Shown here one piece after another: positions 8,031 through 16,754 of a stretch of 64,000 nucleotides of DNA; the first letter of the stretch is position 1; each line of letters opens with the position of its first letter. The DNA comes from Pyrinomonadaceae bacterium. Its GTDB lineage: Bacteria > Acidobacteriota > Blastocatellia > Pyrinomonadales > Pyrinomonadaceae. Where the stretch lies: positions 240,855 to 304,854 of the forward strand of contig JBJXEG010000011.1 in the NCBI GenBank assembly GCA_046155085.1, given 5' to 3'. Under the pieces are notes generated by a model, which was given only the letters and a program-made list of their open reading frames with translations, searched no databases and was not told the origin of the DNA. The translations under genes were made by a program, and so were the position numbers.

Positions 8031-8714
8031 TTAGCACCCGATAAAACGATAGCCAACCCCGACGACCGTCTCAATACATCCTCCGCAATCATCCAGTTTT
8101 TGCCGCAGACGCCGGATATGCACGTCGAGCGTCCGCGTATCGCCAAAATAACTGTATCCCCACACATTGTCGAGTAACTGCTGCCGCGAGGCGACACGGC
8201 CCGTGTTTTTTATAAGATGCTCGAGCAGCGCAAATTCCTTTCGCGTGAGCTTGACCCGTGTGCCGCTGCACGAGACCCGCATGTCGGCAAAATCCACGGC
8301 CAAACGCTCGTCCTCGTATTTCGGCGACGATTCTTTCTCGGACCGCCGCAGCACCGCCCGGACGCGGGCAATGACCTCTTTTATCGAAAACGGTTTGACC
8401 ACATAATCGTCGGCCCCGGTCTCCAGCCCCATGATCTTATCGCCCTCGGCCGCCTTCGCCGTGAGCATGATGATGGGCGTTAATTCGGTCAGCGATTCGC
8501 GGCGCAAGCGGCGGCAAAGCTCCATCCCGCTCATCCCCGGCAGCATGAGATCGAGAATTATCAGCGACGGCACGGCCTTTTCGTCGAGAGCGAGCCGCAG
8601 TCCTTTCTCCCCTGATTCCGCGACGACCGGCCTAAAGCCCTCGCGTTTGAGGTTATAGTGCAGACTCTCGGCGATGTCCGCATCGTCCTCGATGATCAGA
8701 ATTGTTTGCTGCAT
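8031..8714 (-). CDS. OmpR/PhoB-family response regulator
   Basis: REC domain (LIILDLMLPGMSG) plus a winged-helix output (LTRKEFALLEHL...TLDVHIRRLRQKL). Confidence 0.9.
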   Translation of the reverse strand: MQQTILIIEDDADIAESLHYNLKREGFRPVVAESGEKGLRLALDEKAVPSLIILDLMLPGMSGMELCRRLRRESLTELTPIIMLTAKAAEGDKIMGLETGADDYVVKPFSIKEVIARVRAVLRRSEKESSPKYEDERLAVDFADMRVSCSGTRVKLTRKEFALLEHLIKNTGRVASRQQLLDNVWGYSYFGDTRTLDVHIRRLRQKLDDCGGCIETVVGVGYRFIGC

Positions 8715-8911
8715 ACCTAAATTGTAATGAATTATTAACCGTTCTGCGACAGTCTATGCCGAAAGATTTAATTGGGTATGAACAAAACGTTACGTTCGGG
8801 TTAAATTTTGAAAGTCGTCAGGCGTTTGTTCTCATCGCAATATTCCACAGAAATGACTTTGGGTAAATCTCATAAACGGATTTGATATTTTGTTCTCGGC
8901 CTTGCCGATGT

Positions 8912-9403
8912 CTAGCTCATCTCATCTTTTGGCCGGAAGATTTTCTGCAGAGTGCCGCAACCATCATTGATCTCGTGCCATTTACTGATGTCGAGGTCGA
9001 TCACCGCGAGCGCGGCGGTGGGCATCGATTCGACGCTCCCGGTGAGATAGCGGATAAAGCCCTCCATACCGGGATTGTGACCGACGATCATGGCGGAGTG
9101 GAACGCATCATCGAGTTCCGCTATGACCTGGCGAAGCCTGTTTGGACTCGCTTCGTAAATGAGATGTTCGAACTCGACTCCCGCGGTGAGTTTACCCGCT
9201 TCTTTAACCAAAGTTGTCGTTTGCTTTGCTCTCTCAGCCGGTGAGCTCAAGATTATCGATGGTTGTAGACCATGGCGTGCAATTAGCTCGCCCATAAACG
9301 GCGCTGCCTTAAGCCCGCGCGGATTTAAGGGGCGCTCAAAATCCGAAAGATTCGCATCATCCCAGCTAGATTTTGCGTGACGTAAGAGGAAGAGAGTCTT
9401 CAT
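8912..9403 (-). CDS. sixA: phosphohistidine phosphatase SixA-like (histidine phosphatase superfamily)
   Basis: LLRHAKS catalytic motif. 163 aa. Confidence 0.75.
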   Translation of the reverse strand: MKTLFLLRHAKSSWDDANLSDFERPLNPRGLKAAPFMGELIARHGLQPSIILSSPAERAKQTTTLVKEAGKLTAGVEFEHLIYEASPNRLRQVIAELDDAFHSAMIVGHNPGMEGFIRYLTGSVESMPTAALAVIDLDISKWHEINDGCGTLQKIFRPKDEMS

Positions 9404-9581
9404 AAAATTTTGGCGGGAAGACGGATGTGTCGAGAAATTCTACCGCCCACTAAGCAAAACGACAACCGCTATTATTAAGAAAACGTTACAATCGCGTAAA
9501 GTTCTCGCTTCACCACCTGCGTCTAAACGGTACTTTTACCGGTACAGGGTTTACAATAAAAATATAAAAGGAGAAATTTTT

Positions 9582-10298
9582 ATGAATCAGATATCACGAC
9601 GCGAGGCGCTTACGGGAATTATCGGAGCCGGTGCGGTTGCCCTTAGCCTGCCGGAAAATGGATTTGCCGAAACGGCGCAGGAAATACTGCCGCTTGCGTT
9701 TGCAGGAAAACATCAGCCGAAACCACTCCCGTTTGACGCGGCGAAATTGACCGGTATTTCGGAAAAGCTGATACGTTCACACCACGAAAACAATTACACG
9801 GGAGCGGTAAAGGCCCTCAATCTGGTCGAACAGCGGCTCAATGCGCTTGCCAAAGAGAAAGACCTGCCGCCGTACATCTATGGCGATCTCAAGCGGCAAG
9901 AGCTTATACGCACCGGTTCGATCGTTCTCCATGAAAAATATTTTGCCAATCTCGGCGGCAACGGAAAGGCGGACGGCAACGCGCGTAAGCTGATCGAGCA
10001 ATGGTTTGGCAGCTATGAGGCGTGGGAAACCGAATTCAAACGCGTCGGCAACGCTCTCTCGGGCGGTTCGGGCTGGACCGTGCTCGGATTTAACCAACAC
10101 ACGCACGAGGTACATAATTACTGGTCCGCCGATCACACTTCCAATCCGCCGTTCACCGTCCCGCTGCTTGTACTCGATATGTACGAACATGCGTACCAAA
10201 TGGATTACGGGGCCGCTGCCGCAAAATACGTCGATGCCTTTATGACCAACGTCAATTGGGAAGAGGTCAACCGCCGCGTCGAGGCGGTAAAGATCTAA
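9582..10298 (+). CDS. Fe/Mn superoxide dismutase with twin-arginine signal peptide
   Basis: [17 protein letters not shown] Tat signal, plus [11 protein letters not shown] and [15 protein letters not shown] motifs. Confidence 0.85.
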   Translation: MNQISRREALTGIIGAGAVALSLPENGFAETAQEILPLAFAGKHQPKPLPFDAAKLTGISEKLIRSHHENNYTGAVKALNLVEQRLNALAKEKDLPPYIYGDLKRQELIRTGSIVLHEKYFANLGGNGKADGNARKLIEQWFGSYEAWETEFKRVGNALSGGSGWTVLGFNQHTHEVHNYWSADHTSNPPFTVPLLVLDMYEHAYQMDYGAAAAKYVDAFMTNVNWEEVNRRVEAVKI

Positions 10299-10387
10299 AA
10301 ACCTTTTAGCGCATCGCCCGTAATATACACGAGCATTTACAGCGTCGCGACTTGACGCTTATAATCGCGCTTTCGAAAGCCATTGAA

Positions 10388-10798
10388 ATGAACATTTTCC
10401 GAACATCAGGATCACGCCGTAACCGCACACAATTTGCGCGGTTACTCGCCAGTATTCTGCTTATCGGTATCGTTTATTCGGCAACGTTCGGCTCCGTTCA
10501 CACACACGGATACTCTGCGGCTAATTCCGGCACGACCATATCCACGAGCTCTGCGGGACAGATTATCGCGTTGCCGCAAGTACCGCTTCACAGCCGTACG
10601 AATGGCAATGACTGTCTCGTTTGCGTTCTCCACCGGCAATTTTCGAGCAGCACGGTTCACACACCGCTCTTCATTGCGGGGCCGCCCGAGCAGATCGCTC
10701 AAGTCTCCGCACCTGCGGTCTTTTACCGCTTAAACCTTACAATTTCACATCCTATCGCCCGCATGTCAGGGCGCGCACCGCCGCTCCGCCGATCATAA
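10388..10798 (+). CDS. hypothetical membrane-anchored His/Cys protein (possibly DUF2946-like)
   Basis: N-terminal TM (LLASILLIGIVYSA), then HTHG and CLVCVLH. It sits directly upstream of a TonB-dependent receptor. The family assignment is a guess. Confidence 0.35.
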   Translation: MNIFRTSGSRRNRTQFARLLASILLIGIVYSATFGSVHTHGYSAANSGTTISTSSAGQIIALPQVPLHSRTNGNDCLVCVLHRQFSSSTVHTPLFIAGPPEQIAQVSAPAVFYRLNLTISHPIARMSGRAPPLRRS

Positions 10799-11006
10799 TT
10801 CGGTGGTCAGTCCCGTAAGATCGTTAAACCAAACATACCATCGAAATCCACGCAATTAATCTGCGGCGGGTTGTCTTGCCCGCAAAATGACCTCTTTACC
10901 ACGGTATTGAGATCATCGCTCTACGAATCAAAATGCTCCCGCCGAATTTCGCGTGGGCCTGCTGAGCCAAAACGCTTCCGGTTTTGAGCCTCAACTAATT
11001 ATTGAC

Positions 11007-13190
11007 ATGAAAAATATTATTTCAGTTCTTTTTATATCCGTTTTGTTTAGTTTCTCGGCATTTGCACAAGTGACGGGCACGATCAGCGGCACAGTACGGC
11101 TCGCTGGCGAAGACACCGTCCTGCACGAGGCTTCGGTACAGATAGTTGAGCTCAAACGCACGACGGCCACGGACAAGAATGGCTTTTACCAATTCATCGG
11201 CCTTCCCGCCGGAACCTACACGGTCGCCGTGCACCAGGAGGGATTTGGAGATACCAGGAAAAAGATCGATCTCGCAGCGGGGGGGACGGCAGCGGTCGAT
11301 TTTGCTCTTACTATCTCAGGCCTCAAGGAACAGGTGACCGTAACGGCCACCGGCTCCGAGATCTCTACATTTGAATCGATCGCGGCGGTTGACACTATGA
11401 ATTCGAGCCAGATCACCGAACGGGCCGCCGTTGGCCTCGGTGACGTTCTGAACAACGAGGCGGGTGTCTCAAAACGGTCTTCGGGTCCCGGCAATTCAAG
11501 ACCCGTAATCCGCGGTTTTGACGGCGACCGCGTTTTGGTCTCCAACGATGGGGTTCGGGTCGGTTCGCTCGCGTCGCAATCCGGTGATCACTCCGAACCC
11601 GTCGATACGCTCGCCCTCGAAAAGATCGAAGTCGTCAAGGGGCCCGCTACTCTTCTGTACGGCAGTAACGCGATCGGCGGCGTGGTAAACGCGATCAGCG
11701 GTCATGACGAGGGTGCCCATCCCGGCGTTCGCGGATATTTTTCAGGCATCGGAGGAACAAACAACAGTCAGGGGGCGGCTAACGGTGGTATTGAATATGG
11801 CGTTAAGAATTGGATGGTTTGGGCCAATGCCGGCAATCAGAGAACCGGTGACTACAGCGCCGGCGGAAATTTTGGAAAGGTTCGCAATACGTTTACGCAA
11901 AATACCACCGGGGCGATCGGTCTCGGATATTTTGCAAAAAAGGCCTTTTTTAACGCTAACTATAGTTATTATCAGAGTCGCTACGGCATCCCTCTAGATT
12001 TTAACGACCCTATGGCCGAGTTTCGCTCTTTGCGTGTTTGGCGCGGCGATCTCAAATTTAACTTTGGTTACAACGACCCCGATTGGTTAATCTCCAGCAT
12101 AAAACTTACAGTCGATCTCAGCAATTACCGTCATCAGGAACTCGCAGACGGCGTTGTTGGGACTACCTTTCGAAACAAAGTCTCGTCATTTCGAGGAATT
12201 TTCGAGCAAAAGAAAAAGGGCAGATTGAGCGGACGTTTTGGACTCGAAGGTTATGGACGCACATTCTCTACTTTTGGCACGGAAATGCTTGTCGATGGCC
12301 CGGTAAAGCAAAATGCCGTTTCTGTTTTTGGCCTCGAGGAGTTAAATTTTGAACGGGTAACAGTTCAGTTTGGGGGCCGGGTCGAAAACAACAGCTACAA
12401 CCCTATAAATCCGCGCCTACTAGATCGTAAATTCACTGGTTTTTCAGGTGCCGCGGGTGCCAAATTTGACCTGTGGAAAGACGGGCTTTTTGTAATCAAT
12501 TATTCGCATGGGTATAGGGCCGCCGCGCTCGAGGAGCTTTATAACAACGGCCCGCATGATGGGTCGCTGTCCTTCGAGATCGGCAACCAAAATCTGAAAC
12601 CGGAGGTCAGTGATGGGATCGACGTTTCACTGAGGCATCAGAACAGCCGTTTCAAAGCGGAAGCCAATTTCTACTACTACGCCTTTAAGAATTTTGTATT
12701 CCTCGCCCCGACCAATACTTTTGACCCCGGCAGCGGGCTCGAAATAGCAAATTATCTTCAGGGTGACAGCCGCTTTACCGGCACCGAACTCAGCCTCGAT
12801 GTGACGGCCAATAAGTTTGTCAATATTTTGACCGGGTTTGATTACGTCAATGCCCAGCTCAAGGACGGGCGCCCGCTGCCGCGTATCGCACCGCTTCGCG
12901 GTCATATCGGCCTCGACCTGCACTACCAGAATTTGAGCGTCCGGCCCGAATTTGTCGCTGTCGGACGCCAGGACCGTATATTTACAAACGAAACACCGAC
13001 TGCGGGGTACGGCACCGTCAACGTTGCAGCCTCGTTCATCATTCCCACCCGTCATACGGCCAATATATTCTCCGTCAATGTCTTTAACCTGAACAACAAG
13101 CTGTTTTACAACCACATCTCGTTTATCAAGGATATTTCACCAGAGATCGGCCGCGGAGTGAGATTTAGCTATACGGTTCGGTTCTTTTGA
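11007..13190 (+). CDS. TonB-dependent receptor with N-terminal carboxypeptidase-regulatory-like domain
   Basis: Signal peptide MKNIISVLFISVLFSFSAFAQ, GTISGTVRL...GTYTVAV, plug IEVVKGPATLLYGSNAIGGVVN, and a barrel ending RFSYTVRFF. Confidence 0.9.
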   Translation: MKNIISVLFISVLFSFSAFAQVTGTISGTVRLAGEDTVLHEASVQIVELKRTTATDKNGFYQFIGLPAGTYTVAVHQEGFGDTRKKIDLAAGGTAAVDFALTISGLKEQVTVTATGSEISTFESIAAVDTMNSSQITERAAVGLGDVLNNEAGVSKRSSGPGNSRPVIRGFDGDRVLVSNDGVRVGSLASQSGDHSEPVDTLALEKIEVVKGPATLLYGSNAIGGVVNAISGHDEGAHPGVRGYFSGIGGTNNSQGAANGGIEYGVKNWMVWANAGNQRTGDYSAGGNFGKVRNTFTQNTTGAIGLGYFAKKAFFNANYSYYQSRYGIPLDFNDPMAEFRSLRVWRGDLKFNFGYNDPDWLISSIKLTVDLSNYRHQELADGVVGTTFRNKVSSFRGIFEQKKKGRLSGRFGLEGYGRTFSTFGTEMLVDGPVKQNAVSVFGLEELNFERVTVQFGGRVENNSYNPINPRLLDRKFTGFSGAAGAKFDLWKDGLFVINYSHGYRAAALEELYNNGPHDGSLSFEIGNQNLKPEVSDGIDVSLRHQNSRFKAEANFYYYAFKNFVFLAPTNTFDPGSGLEIANYLQGDSRFTGTELSLDVTANKFVNILTGFDYVNAQLKDGRPLPRIAPLRGHIGLDLHYQNLSVRPEFVAVGRQDRIFTNETPTAGYGTVNVAASFIIPTRHTANIFSVNVFNLNNKLFYNHISFIKDISPEIGRGVRFSYTVRFF

Positions 13191-13213
13191 GCTGACTTGG
13201 ATATAATGTCGAT

Positions 13214-13879
13214 ATGACAACCGAAACCCTAGCATTCGATACCACAAATGGACCGGCGACGGCCTTTGCCGTGCGGCCGGACAACGCAAGCGGCAAGGCC
13301 ATAATTATTCTTCAGGAATACTGGGGTCTAAACGATCATATTAAGGATATCGCCGGGCGCTATGTGGACGAGGGCTTTATCGCGATCGCCCCCGACCTTT
13401 ATCGCGGAAAAGTGACGGCGGACTCCGGCGAAGCCGCTCAGTTAATGCAGTCGCTGGCAATCGAGGACGGGCTCGACACGATCAAAAACGCGATGCAAAC
13501 CGCCGCTGAAAAATATGGCATTTCGCATTTTGGCATTACCGGCTTTTGCATGGGAGGGACGTATGCTTTGCGGGCGGCTTGCGAACTCGAAGGTTTAAGT
13601 GCGGCGGCGCCATTTTACGGTGACATTCCGGAAGACGAGATTTTGCAAAAGTTGACGACGCCGACGATATTTATTTCTGCGGTTCAGGATAAATGGATAA
13701 ACCCCGAAAAGGTTGCAATGCTTGAGGATGCGGTCGAGCGGTTTGAGCTGCCTGTCACATCCGTAAAATATGATGCTGACCACGCATTTTTTAACAATAC
13801 GCGATTGGCGGTCTATGACGAGGCGGCGGCAAATGACGCGTGGGCACTCGTCGTCGGATTTTTTAACGACAAATTGTAG
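13214..13879 (+). CDS. dienelactone hydrolase family protein
   Basis: IIILQEYWGLNDHIKDIAGRYVDEGFIAIAPDLY, GFCMGG nucleophile elbow and a C-terminal H. Confidence 0.8.
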   Translation: MTTETLAFDTTNGPATAFAVRPDNASGKAIIILQEYWGLNDHIKDIAGRYVDEGFIAIAPDLYRGKVTADSGEAAQLMQSLAIEDGLDTIKNAMQTAAEKYGISHFGITGFCMGGTYALRAACELEGLSAAAPFYGDIPEDEILQKLTTPTIFISAVQDKWINPEKVAMLEDAVERFELPVTSVKYDADHAFFNNTRLAVYDEAAANDAWALVVGFFNDKL

Positions 13880-13888
13880 CTGGGTAAT

Positions 13889-15091
13889 TTAGAGTTGACC
13901 GATCATCGCTTCTTCGCGGACCGTTGGACTTGCAGGTAAAAGACCTTTGCGAATCTGTTTTTGCTTATACATTCCTGCATCGGCTCGCTTAATCGTACTT
14001 TCGAGATCATTGAGATCGGCAAAATCGGCAAATGCATGTGAAACGCCGATATTCATCGGCACCTTGACCCCATCGACTCGTACGCCGGACAGAATTTCTT
14101 CCATTCGGTGCATTCGTGAGTTTGCCGTTGTAGAATCGAGTCCGATCATAATTACAAAAAATTCGTCTCCGCCCCAGCGAAAGATCAGATCCTCCGCCCG
14201 GATCAGCTCACGTATAGCACGAACCACCATGCGAATTACAATGTCGCCGACAGCGTGTCCGTGAATATCATTCACCATCTTAAGATCGTCGACGTCAAAG
14301 AAGCCGACGCAGCCCGAAACCAATTGGTTTTCGTCGCCATTCCGCTTGAGATAGCCGTGAAAAGCGTGGCGGTTGAGGGCGGTGGTCAGCGGGTCGATAT
14401 GTGCAAGCTCCTCAAGTTTTCGGTGAGCGGCCTGAAGTTTATCGTTAGCGGTTTTGGCATCGGTCAGGACCTGCTCCAAGAGAACAATGACCATTCCAAA
14501 CCCAAGCAGGATCTGCAAAACCATGTCTACGACTGAGTTGTATTGAAGATAATCAAACTCTATGAGGAGGTATTGGCGGGCGGAAAAAACAACAAAATAT
14601 TGGACAAAATCCACCACTAAGAGGACGAGTGCGGTCTGCATCACATTCCATCCGAATGTGCGGATCTTCGATCTCCACATCGCAATGCTTGCGATCGCAA
14701 AAAAACCGGAAAGGATCAACGAGTGGACGTTAAAAACGAGATTGAAATCGTCACCCAGAAACGGCAGTCCAAAGGCGACAACGATAAACGGCAAAATGAA
14801 AAGCTCCTGGCGGATCTTCATTTCCGCATTGCCCACGAGGCTGCGGCATCCGGCAATAAGCAGAAACCCAAAAATATACTCGGTCAGAAAGTAAAAGCTA
14901 AAAAGTTGCGTCGAATAGTATTCGTAGCTAAAAGCGAGACGCAGGCAAAATAGGGCGAATGACAGAGAGAGCCAGGCATTGGTCCAGTGCTTGAGCGCAA
15001 CGACATTTATTGAGCGCCTTAGAAACAGCGTCAACAGAGTTATTAGTGAAACTCCGGCTAATTGAATGATCAGACCTATCTTCGAGTCCAT
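13889..15091 (-). CDS. membrane-bound diguanylate cyclase (GGDEF with RxxD I-site)
   Basis: Multiple TM helices followed by RAEDLIFRWGGDEFFVIM. The likely start is MDSKIG (ATG 15091); the longer track ORF would overlap the pfkB gene. Confidence 0.85.
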   Translation of the reverse strand: MDSKIGLIIQLAGVSLITLLTLFLRRSINVVALKHWTNAWLSLSFALFCLRLAFSYEYYSTQLFSFYFLTEYIFGFLLIAGCRSLVGNAEMKIRQELFILPFIVVAFGLPFLGDDFNLVFNVHSLILSGFFAIASIAMWRSKIRTFGWNVMQTALVLLVVDFVQYFVVFSARQYLLIEFDYLQYNSVVDMVLQILLGFGMVIVLLEQVLTDAKTANDKLQAAHRKLEELAHIDPLTTALNRHAFHGYLKRNGDENQLVSGCVGFFDVDDLKMVNDIHGHAVGDIVIRMVVRAIRELIRAEDLIFRWGGDEFFVIMIGLDSTTANSRMHRMEEILSGVRVDGVKVPMNIGVSHAFADFADLNDLESTIKRADAGMYKQKQIRKGLLPASPTVREEAMIGQL

Positions 15092-15204
15092 ATTACTAGA
15101 AAACCTGGGGTGGTTATCTAACTGCAGAGGCGGGATTGCTAGTTTGATGATCGCGGTGGGCGAGAGACCACATAAAGATAATAGTACAAAACCGTTGTTA
15201 AAGT

Positions 15205-16158
15205 CTATATATTTTTTAACAATGCTTTTAACTCTATTTGCGTCGGCAGTGTGGTCCTTGCCCCGAGCCCGCGGCACTTTAATGCGGCGACTGCGTTCGC
15301 AGCCCGCCCGCTTTCTTCGACCGATGCCCCGCTGAGCATACCGTGTAAGAAACCTGTCCGGAAAGCATCGCCCGCGCCGGTCGTATCGATACAGCCGCCC
15401 GGCACCTCGAAGGCCGGCGTTTCGATAAATGTGTCGTCGCACAAAACGATCGACCCCGATATTCCTAGTGTTAACCCGACGATGGAGCAGCCAAAGCGCG
15501 ATCGGATCTCTCGCAACGCCGATCTCTTACCGCTCACGCCGAGCAATCTACCCGGAAAATCGGCGGATGCGATACAGATATCGACAAGCGGCAGCAGTTC
15601 ATCAACCCCTTCAAAAACCTTATCGATATCCATCGACACGATCGCCCCGGCGGAGCGTGCCGCAGCCGCGAGTTTGATGCAGGCCCGCGTATCATGAGGT
15701 GTGATGTGGAGCACTTTGCAACGGGTTGCGGCCTCCGCAGGAGCATCTTCGGCCGTGTAGGCGAGTTTTTTATCGCGTTGCCAAAGGACTGTTCGCTCTC
15801 CGCTTTGACCGTCGATCAGGATAAAGCCGACCTGCGTTCTGGTTTCAGGGACTCGTTCGGACATCGAAACGTCGACGCCTTCGTCGGTCAGTGACCGCAA
15901 TCCGAATTCGCCTTCCCGATCGCTTCCAAATCTGCCGACATACGCCGTCTTCATCCCGAGCCTTTGCAGCCCCGCCATTGTCGACGCAGCTTCACCGCCG
16001 GCAGCCTGAATGTAGGTTTCGAGCTCCATCTTCGAATTGAATGCCGGATATTCGGGTACGCGGATCAGGTAATCAACCGCGTTAGTGCCAAAACCAACAG
16101 CGTCAAACTCCTTATCCGGCAAAACCTTAAACGGAAAGTTCATATTTATCATTTGCAA
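15205..16158 (-). CDS. PfkB-family carbohydrate kinase
   Basis: AAGGEAAST and DTTGAGDAFRTGF PfkB signatures. Confidence 0.82.
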   Translation of the reverse strand: MQMINMNFPFKVLPDKEFDAVGFGTNAVDYLIRVPEYPAFNSKMELETYIQAAGGEAASTMAGLQRLGMKTAYVGRFGSDREGEFGLRSLTDEGVDVSMSERVPETRTQVGFILIDGQSGERTVLWQRDKKLAYTAEDAPAEAATRCKVLHITPHDTRACIKLAAAARSAGAIVSMDIDKVFEGVDELLPLVDICIASADFPGRLLGVSGKRSALREIRSRFGCSIVGLTLGISGSIVLCDDTFIETPAFEVPGGCIDTTGAGDAFRTGFLHGMLSGASVEESGRAANAVAALKCRGLGARTTLPTQIELKALLKNI

Positions 16159-16301
16159 GCCGGTGCGAATGGCGGCAAAATTTTGTAATTTATTCTTGCT
16201 AAACTGTTCACAATCAAGTTAGATTGATAATGGCTCTATTTTCACTTGCTTCTTAGGTGAAAACAAGCAAACACCATAGGTTTTCGGAGATACAGCATAT
16301 A

Positions 16302-16517
16302 ATGCCGACATCGATCTGCCCCGAATGCAGCGAGGAAGTTTTCGTTGACGCCGAATCAGAGCAAGGCGACAACATCGTCTGCGAAGAGTGCTCGTCAAAA
16401 CTAGTTGTGGTCGGTCTTGACCCTTTTGAGCTTGATCTCTACGAAGATGTGGGTGGAGATTCCGTATCTGACGACGACGATCTACAGAGCTACGATTACG
16501 ACGATTCCCGCTACTAG
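16302..16517 (+). CDS. LysW/ArgW-like zinc-ribbon protein with extended acidic tail
   Basis: MPTSICPECSEEVFVDAESEQGDNIVCEECSSKLVVVGLDPFELD matches the LysW pattern CPEC...G..VVCE.C...L.VVGLDP..L. The tail ends DYDDSRY, not EDWGE. Confidence 0.6.
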   Translation: MPTSICPECSEEVFVDAESEQGDNIVCEECSSKLVVVGLDPFELDLYEDVGGDSVSDDDDLQSYDYDDSRY

Positions 16518-16660
16518 TTTGATTCTGCGGTATCCATTATTCGGTCGATCTGACCGGATACATTCAAACTGACAGGTCAAATCGACAACCTCAATAGTCC
16601 GTTTCTTACACCACGGCCCTGTTTTTCAACGTTTTTGGCACCATAATACCGATCGTATTT

Positions 16661-16676
16661 TGGCACGCGGTTTGTA
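16661..16676 (+). promoter_or_regulatory. possible sigma-54 (-24/-12) promoter
   Basis: TGGCACGCGGTTTGTA compared with the consensus TGGCACG-N4-TTGCW (GT replaces GC at -12). About 80 nt upstream of the HD-GYP gene. Confidence 0.25.
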
Positions 16677-16754
16677 TATCGATCTGCGTGAGTGTCCCAG
16701 CTTCGATTTCGCGGGCATTCGTGTCGCCTAATTGGCATTCCCGTTTTTTGATTC

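Noticed and set aside
8784-9489. Shared 10-mer AAAACGTTAC in both spacers flanking sixA (8784-8793 and 9480-9489)
   Set aside because: Only 10 nt match and the flanks are not similar, so this is too weak to call a regulatory site.
10799-11006. B12 or other riboswitch ahead of the TonB-dependent receptor
   Set aside because: No conserved riboswitch core was recognised. Only a 5-bp GCGGG/CCCGC hairpin is present.
15092-15442. 117-codon N-terminal extension of the GGDEF ORF
   Set aside because: The extension is Arg-rich, non-membrane, and overlaps the 3' end of the pfkB gene. The hydrophobic domain starts at MDSKIG (15091).
16518-16560. Terminator after the LysW-like gene (nested GGTATCC/GGATAC and CGGTC/GACCG stems)
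   Set aside because: A stem is present but no U-tract follows it, so I have not listed it as a terminator.
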